Shown: positions 58,896 through 64,000 of the stretch, piece after piece
Layout: each line of letters begins with the position of its first letter
Position numbering within the stretch: position 1 is the stretch's first letter
Assembly: GCA_036679605.1 (NCBI GenBank)
Contig: JAZDCZ010000427.1
Location: 1-64,000, forward strand
Reading direction: 5' to 3'
Source: Gemmatimonadota bacterium
Lineage (GTDB): Bacteria; Gemmatimonadota; Gemmatimonadetes; Gemmatimonadales; GWC2-71-9
Length of the DNA stretch: 64,000 bases
The notes under the pieces: generated by a model
The model's input: the letters and a program-made list of their open reading frames with translations, nothing else
Database searches by the model: none
What the model was told of the DNA's origin: nothing
Translations under genes and position numbers: made by a program

Positions 58896-59698
58896 ATAAC
58901 GGAGACTTCGACACCAGGGTCGTACGCGGCGTCACCCTGATCGAAGATCCGGCACGGGAAAACTGTTTCACCTGCGCCGATACCGCCGCAGATATGCAAC
59001 AATGGCCCGACATGTCGGACATCTCTCGGCGTGAGCGCCTCCACCGTCACATGAACAATGAGTGCGGTGCCTTGGAGATCGCCGCCCAGTGTATCGCTGA
59101 CTTTCCCGATGCGCCCTGGGAACTGAGGATGAGTCTTGCCAATCAGGCCGCCGATGAGGCCCGACACGCTGCGATGCTACTCCGCAGAGTCAAGGAGTTG
59201 GGAGGACATAAAGGCGAATTTCCGGTCAACAACCTGGAATGGGGCCTTTCCCTGATGCTCGATAATCTTCCAGGGCGGCTCGCCGTTCAGAACCGTACCT
59301 TCGAGGCAGGTCTCATTGACCTTCTGGGGTCCCTTCGCAACGTCTGGCGTGAAGCTGGAGATGAAACTACAGCAGAACTTCTCGACGGCATCCTCGCCGA
59401 CGAAATCGTTCACGTTCGCTTCGGCAATCGTTGGATCAAACGCATGACGGAGAAAGACCCAACCGTTCTTCTCAAGGTGGCCAACTCGATCCGCGTGCTA
59501 GGGGAAGCTCTTGCCGGATTGGAAGTGGACGGTGAGGTCAACGCATCGGGTTTCATCATCTCTCCGAAGTTGCCACCGGCAGTCTATGTCCAGGGGCGGC
59601 TGGAAGCAGACTTTACCGAAGAAGAGGTCAAGGAAGTACTTCGACAGGCGGGCTTCCGCTCGATCATTCCTCACGAGCTGACCTTAGAAACTTCTTGA
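58892..59698 (+). CDS. Ferritin-like diiron protein (DUF455-like)
   Basis: NECGALE..DEARH..NRTFEAG..ADEIVH. Paralog of 54785-55576. Confidence 0.8.
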   Translation: MNNGDFDTRVVRGVTLIEDPARENCFTCADTAADMQQWPDMSDISRRERLHRHMNNECGALEIAAQCIADFPDAPWELRMSLANQAADEARHAAMLLRRVKELGGHKGEFPVNNLEWGLSLMLDNLPGRLAVQNRTFEAGLIDLLGSLRNVWREAGDETTAELLDGILADEIVHVRFGNRWIKRMTEKDPTVLLKVANSIRVLGEALAGLEVDGEVNASGFIISPKLPPAVYVQGRLEADFTEEEVKEVLRQAGFRSIIPHELTLETS

Positions 59699-59733
59699 TG
59701 ACTTGACGGCGACGGCCAAGTGAATCCCAAGCG

Positions 59734-61014
59734 ATGCTGACCCCGCAACAAGAGTTAGTCCTGTTGCTGGCGGGCCACTTTGAATCGTCCACCAAAAAGC
59801 TGGACAAACTTGCCGAATCGGTAGACTGGCAGGCATTCCTCCACGCCACACCCGCCAATCCACACCCCTACCTGGCCTACCGCATCGAACAGACTATCGG
59901 GCCGAGCCGCCTGACCGACAACGCCTGGAACGTCTTAGCCGACGCCCGGCGCGCCAACTCCATGGGCCAACTCCAACGTCAGGCTACACTGCGAAAAATG
60001 TTCGCCGCGTTGGACGCCGCCGGTATTCCCACTATGGTGGTCAAGGGCATGGCCCTGGCATATCTGGTATACGCGGATCCTGGACTGCGGCCTATGAGCG
60101 ACATCGACCTCTGGGTCCAGCCTTCCAATCTGGACCGCGCAACAGCCGCGCTCTTGGATGCCGGACTGCAACATCCCACTCGTTTCTACGAAGGTAAAGG
60201 AGACCCTCGCAGGCCGACCCTGATGCTGGAACAGCCGGGCACGCGAGGACTGGTTGAGCTTCATGGAGAATTGTATTCGCTCAACGCCCTGCCCGCATCA
60301 TGGGTCGAGCAGGCATGGAATAGCAAGATCAAGGTTCTCCTAGGCGGAATCGAATCCTGGGTTCTCGACCCGCGCCACACGCTCGTTCACCTCTCTCTGC
60401 ACTACGCTCGTGTACACCTGTTCAGTACTGGACTGGTGGGGCTGATCGACATCTTTCTTACCGTGGAACGCTGGGAAGACGATTGGGACTGGCCCAAAAT
60501 GGCAGCATCATATCGAGAACTGGGGATCGAAAATTGGATGTACCTAACCCTTCACCTCGCTCGTAAGATGCTCGGGGCTCCTGTGCCGGACTCTTTCTTT
60601 GAGGCGCTCGGCCAACCCGACCGAATAGACGAAATGGAGACCCTCGCGACCAGACAAGTCTGGGAAGGGCATGAGAACACACTTTTCCCGGCGCTCCGAG
60701 GTGTGCTCGCGACAACCTCACTACGCGATAGATTGAACTACCTATGGCAACGCATGAGCACATTTTACCTGCCGAAGAAAGACAAATCCCGCAACCCCTT
60801 CACGAACGCCGTAAGATTCGGCCGCAGCGCAATCTTCGACCTTTCTGTCAAGCTCCCGCGGTATATGGCTGCCTGGAAGAGAGGTGATCTCCGCGGATCT
60901 GAACGACGGCGAAGAATCCAACTCGCGAAACAACGCGGGCACCTTGCCCAGTTGGTGGAACAGTCAGCACCTGCCGCAGGCGTGCAGGCCAAGAACACCG
61001 CCGGCACAACTTGA
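59734..61014 (+). CDS. Nucleotidyltransferase family protein (NTP_transf_5-like)
   Basis: VKGMALA..Y..GLRPMSDIDLWV..VELH. Confidence 0.85.
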   Translation: MLTPQQELVLLLAGHFESSTKKLDKLAESVDWQAFLHATPANPHPYLAYRIEQTIGPSRLTDNAWNVLADARRANSMGQLQRQATLRKMFAALDAAGIPTMVVKGMALAYLVYADPGLRPMSDIDLWVQPSNLDRATAALLDAGLQHPTRFYEGKGDPRRPTLMLEQPGTRGLVELHGELYSLNALPASWVEQAWNSKIKVLLGGIESWVLDPRHTLVHLSLHYARVHLFSTGLVGLIDIFLTVERWEDDWDWPKMAASYRELGIENWMYLTLHLARKMLGAPVPDSFFEALGQPDRIDEMETLATRQVWEGHENTLFPALRGVLATTSLRDRLNYLWQRMSTFYLPKKDKSRNPFTNAVRFGRSAIFDLSVKLPRYMAAWKRGDLRGSERRRRIQLAKQRGHLAQLVEQSAPAAGVQAKNTAGTT

Positions 61015-61070
61015 AGCTTCCCCCCCACCACGATACATTCGCCCATCCACCCTAACCCCAGGTAAACCCT

Positions 61071-64000
61071 GTGCGAAACAACCACAAGAGAGCCCTGAGC
61101 CGCTTCCTCCCTATTCTGGGACTCTTTGCCATCACTTCCACCGCCGGCGCCCAGTCGGCCGCGCTCAGCTCTGAGCTGTTGAGTGACCTCCACTTCCGCT
61201 CCATCGGCCCGGCGGTCATGGGTGGTCGCATCCACGACATCGAAGCCCTGCCCAACGATCCCTCGACGATCTACGTGGCCAGCGCCTCGGGCGGAATCTG
61301 GAAATCAACCAACAAGGGCACGACCTGGAAAGCGATCTTCGACCACGAGGCGGTGAGCACATTCGGAGACATCGCGATCGCGCCGTCGGATCACAACGTG
61401 ATCTGGGCGGGTACGGGCGGCCAAAACAACCGCCAGAGCACGTCCTGGGGCGATGGCGTCTACCGCTCGACGGACGGTGGCGAATCGTGGGAGCATCTCG
61501 GGTTGGAAGAAACACGGCACATCGGAGAAGTGGTCGTAGATCCCAACGATGCCGACGTGGCCTACGTTGCTGCACTGGGAAATCTCTGGGCGCCGAGCGA
61601 GGAGCGAGGAGTCTACAAGACAACCAACGGCGGACGGAGTTGGAAAAAGGTTCTCTTCGTCGACACTCTTACCGGTGTCGTAGACCTCGTGATGGACCCG
61701 AGCGACCCCAACACACTTTACGCCGCCGCCTACCAACGCATGCGCCGCACTTGGGGCTTCAACGGCGGCGGACCCGGCAGCGGCATCTACAAGACGACCG
61801 ACGGCGGACGCCACTGGGACGAACTGACCAACGGCATCCCGCAAGGCGACAAGGGAAGGATCGCGTTGGCGATCGCCCAGACCAACCCCAATGTCCTGAA
61901 CGCGATGATTCAACATGAGTCGGATACAGGCACCTACCGAACGACCGACGGTGGTGAGACATGGGAGAAGGTGAGCGATCTAAACCCCCGCCCGATGTAC
62001 TACAGCCACATCTACATCGATCCGACCAACGAAAACCGCGTCTACGTGCTTGCAACTAGCTTCTACAAGTCAGAAGACGGCGGCCGCACTTTCGACACCC
62101 TCGCCACTAGACCAACGTACGACGTAGGCGTACACAGCGACTACCACACCCTATGGATCGATCCAAACAACCCGTCGCACTTCTATCTCGCGGGCGACGG
62201 TGGGCTGCACGAGTCGTGGGACATGGGTCAGACGTACATGCGTATAAACAACATCCCAATCGGTCAGTTCTACGCGATCGGTGTCGATATGCGCACACCC
62301 TACCGTATCTACGGAGGGATGCAGGACAATCATTCGTGGATGGGTCCCTCGGCAACACGACGGTGGACCGGAATAATCAATGACGACTGGCAGCAGATCG
62401 GTTTCGGCGACGGAATGTACCAGCAAGCCGACCCGACCAATCACCGTTTCGTGTACGTGCTCGCGCAGAACGGTAATCTATCGCGCTTCGATGCCGAGAC
62501 GGGAGACGCACTCGGCATAAAGCCTGTACCGCCCGCTGGCGAGTCGCCGTATCGCTTTGATTGGGTGACGCCGAGCTTGCTGTCGCGACACGATCCTAGC
62601 ACCATCTACCTGGGGGGAAATCGACTTTTCATCTCGCACGACCGCGGCGAGACATGGGAACGCACTCCCGATCTCTCCCGCCAAATCAACCGCGACACAT
62701 TGCGCTTGATGGATGTGCTCGGATCAGACTTGAAGATCTCCAAGAACGACGGCACCAGTTCGTTCGGCGAGATTACAACCATCTCAGAATCACCGCTCAC
62801 GGCGGACATCCTTTGGGTTGGAACGGACGACGGCAACCTTCAGTTGTCACGCGACGGTGGTGTAACTTGGACTGAACTATCCGGCAATGTGCCCGATGTC
62901 CCAAGCGGTACGTACGTGAGCCGAGTGGCGGGATCAGTAACCGACCGGGGCACTGTGTATGTCACGTTCGACGCCCATCGAGACGGCGATTTCCAACCTT
63001 ACGTGTTTCGATCGGTCGACTTCGGCCGAAGTTGGAGTAACCTCGGCAAAAAACTACCCACGGGCTCGGTGAACGTGATCGTCGAGTATACGGGGAGTCC
63101 CAACCTGCTATTCCTTGGAACTGAACACGCGCTGTTCGTCTCCACCGATGCGGGTGCGAATTGGGCGAAGTTTGCGGCGAACCTGCCAACAACACTGTAC
63201 GACGACATGGTCATACACCCGCGCGACAAAGATCTCATTGTTGCAACTCATGGACGCAGCATATGGATTCTGGACGATGTGACACCACTGGCCGAATGGG
63301 CAAGCGTGTCACGCGGCGAGCCGGCCCACCTCTTCTCGATCGGGCGGGCAACGATCTTTCAGCATTGGAAGGACACGTCGTACCGTGGCCAAGGCGCCTA
63401 CGCCGGTGAAAACCCTCCCGTTGGAGCGATCATCACATATTATCTCGCAAGTCAAGCAGCGAGTGCCACCATCGAGGTGACGAACCAGGCGGGTGAACTC
63501 ACGCGTACTATCGATGTGCCTAGCGAACGCGGGATCCACCGCATCACCTGGGACCTCAGACACGAACCACCACCGAACCCGACGAATCGATCGCAACCAT
63601 CCGCCCGACTGGCACAACCGACTGGCGCACGCGGTCCATTCGTGTCACCGGGCTCATACACCATCACCTTGGATGCAGACGGTACCAGAGCAACGCAAAG
63701 AGTGTCGGTTGTGGGTGACCCATTGATGGCGATCACGGACGATCAGTGGAACGAGCGCGAAGTTTTTCTCGTGGACTTGCAAGAAACACAAGAACAAGTC
63801 CGCGAGACATCGCAAGCTATCGCTGCTTTGGTGAGAAACCTCTCCCAGGAAACTGATTCCGAGAGTGCCACACTCGACTCGGCGCGTGCACTACAACGGA
63901 CTCTGCGACAACTGAGGCGTTCTCTGAATGGACTGGCGAGCGAATTCAACGGTCAAGGCGTCCGCCAGGGTAGCTTGCACCCTCCGACTGAAACGCACAG
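61071..64000 (+). CDS. Secreted VPS10/sortilin-like beta-propeller protein (runs off window end)
   Basis: Manual translation gives MRNNHKRALSRFLPILGLFAITSTAGAQ...FRSIGPAVMGGRIHD, with Asp-box repeats and GGMQDN. Missing from the ORF track, presumably because its stop lies outside the window. Confidence 0.85.
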   Translation, partial: MRNNHKRALSRFLPILGLFAITSTAGAQSAALSSELLSDLHFRSIGPAVMGGRIHDIEALPNDPSTIYVASASGGIWKSTNKGTTWKAIFDHEAVSTFGDIAIAPSDHNVIWAGTGGQNNRQSTSWGDGVYRSTDGGESWEHLGLEETRHIGEVVVDPNDADVAYVAALGNLWAPSEERGVYKTTNGGRSWKKVLFVDTLTGVVDLVMDPSDPNTLYAAAYQRMRRTWGFNGGGPGSGIYKTTDGGRHWDELTNGIPQGDKGRIALAIAQTNPNVLNAMIQHESDTGTYRTTDGGETWEKVSDLNPRPMYYSHIYIDPTNENRVYVLATSFYKSEDGGRTFDTLATRPTYDVGVHSDYHTLWIDPNNPSHFYLAGDGGLHESWDMGQTYMRINNIPIGQFYAIGVDMRTPYRIYGGMQDNHSWMGPSATRRWTGIINDDWQQIGFGDGMYQQADPTNHRFVYVLAQNGNLSRFDAETGDALGIKPVPPAGESPYRFDWVTPSLLSRHDPSTIYLGGNRLFISHDRGETWERTPDLSRQINRDTLRLMDVLGSDLKISKNDGTSSFGEITTISESPLTADILWVGTDDGNLQLSRDGGVTWTELSGNVPDVPSGTYVSRVAGSVTDRGTVYVTFDAHRDGDFQPYVFRSVDFGRSWSNLGKKLPTGSVNVIVEYTGSPNLLFLGTEHALFVSTDAGANWAKFAANLPTTLYDDMVIHPRDKDLIVATHGRSIWILDDVTPLAEWASVSRGEPAHLFSIGRATIFQHWKDTSYRGQGAYAGENPPVGAIITYYLASQAASATIEVTNQAGELTRTIDVPSERGIHRITWDLRHEPPPNPTNRSQPSARLAQPTGARGPFVSPGSYTITLDADGTRATQRVSVVGDPLMAITDDQWNEREVFLVDLQETQEQVRETSQAIAALVRNLSQETDSESATLDSARALQRTLRQLRRSLNGLASEFNGQGVRQGSLHPPTETH

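Overview
Bacterial DNA, probably from a Gemmatimonadota-like host. That assignment is an inference from the Ser/Thr kinase, VPS10-like, Ig-like lipoprotein and PEP-CTERM gene styles. Two regions stand out. (1) Positions 1-18699 form an apparently complete casposon, a Cas1-dependent self-synthesizing element. It has 158-bp terminal inverted repeats with 2 mismatches, a solo cas1 with a C-terminal HTH, a family B DNA polymerase, an HNH protein and several HTH proteins. Its cargo includes a subtilase, Ig-like lipoproteins, a PEP-CTERM protein and two restriction-endonuclease-fold genes, one of them split by an IS3. Just outside the right TIR lie a fragment of a second, diverged casposase, a tiny Arg/Lys-rich ORF and two toxin-antitoxin pairs. 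(2) Positions ~48400-61014 hold an unusual RiPP-like cluster. A 40-aa precursor absent from the ORF track (MESTNNPKPKYEPPKLQVMDESEILAAFQVHVAAATWWTG) sits directly behind a PqqD/RRE gene. Its neighbours are an HprK-like kinase, an S24/S26 peptidase, a nucleotidyltransferase, three ferritin-like proteins, a membrane desaturase/hydroxylase, a formyltransferase, an HTTM pair, AsnB and a flavin-dependent halogenase. The middle of the window is ordinary host genes (rocD, NifU-like, egtBD, peptidases, amidohydrolases). All calls come from motif reading by eye; no database searches were run.
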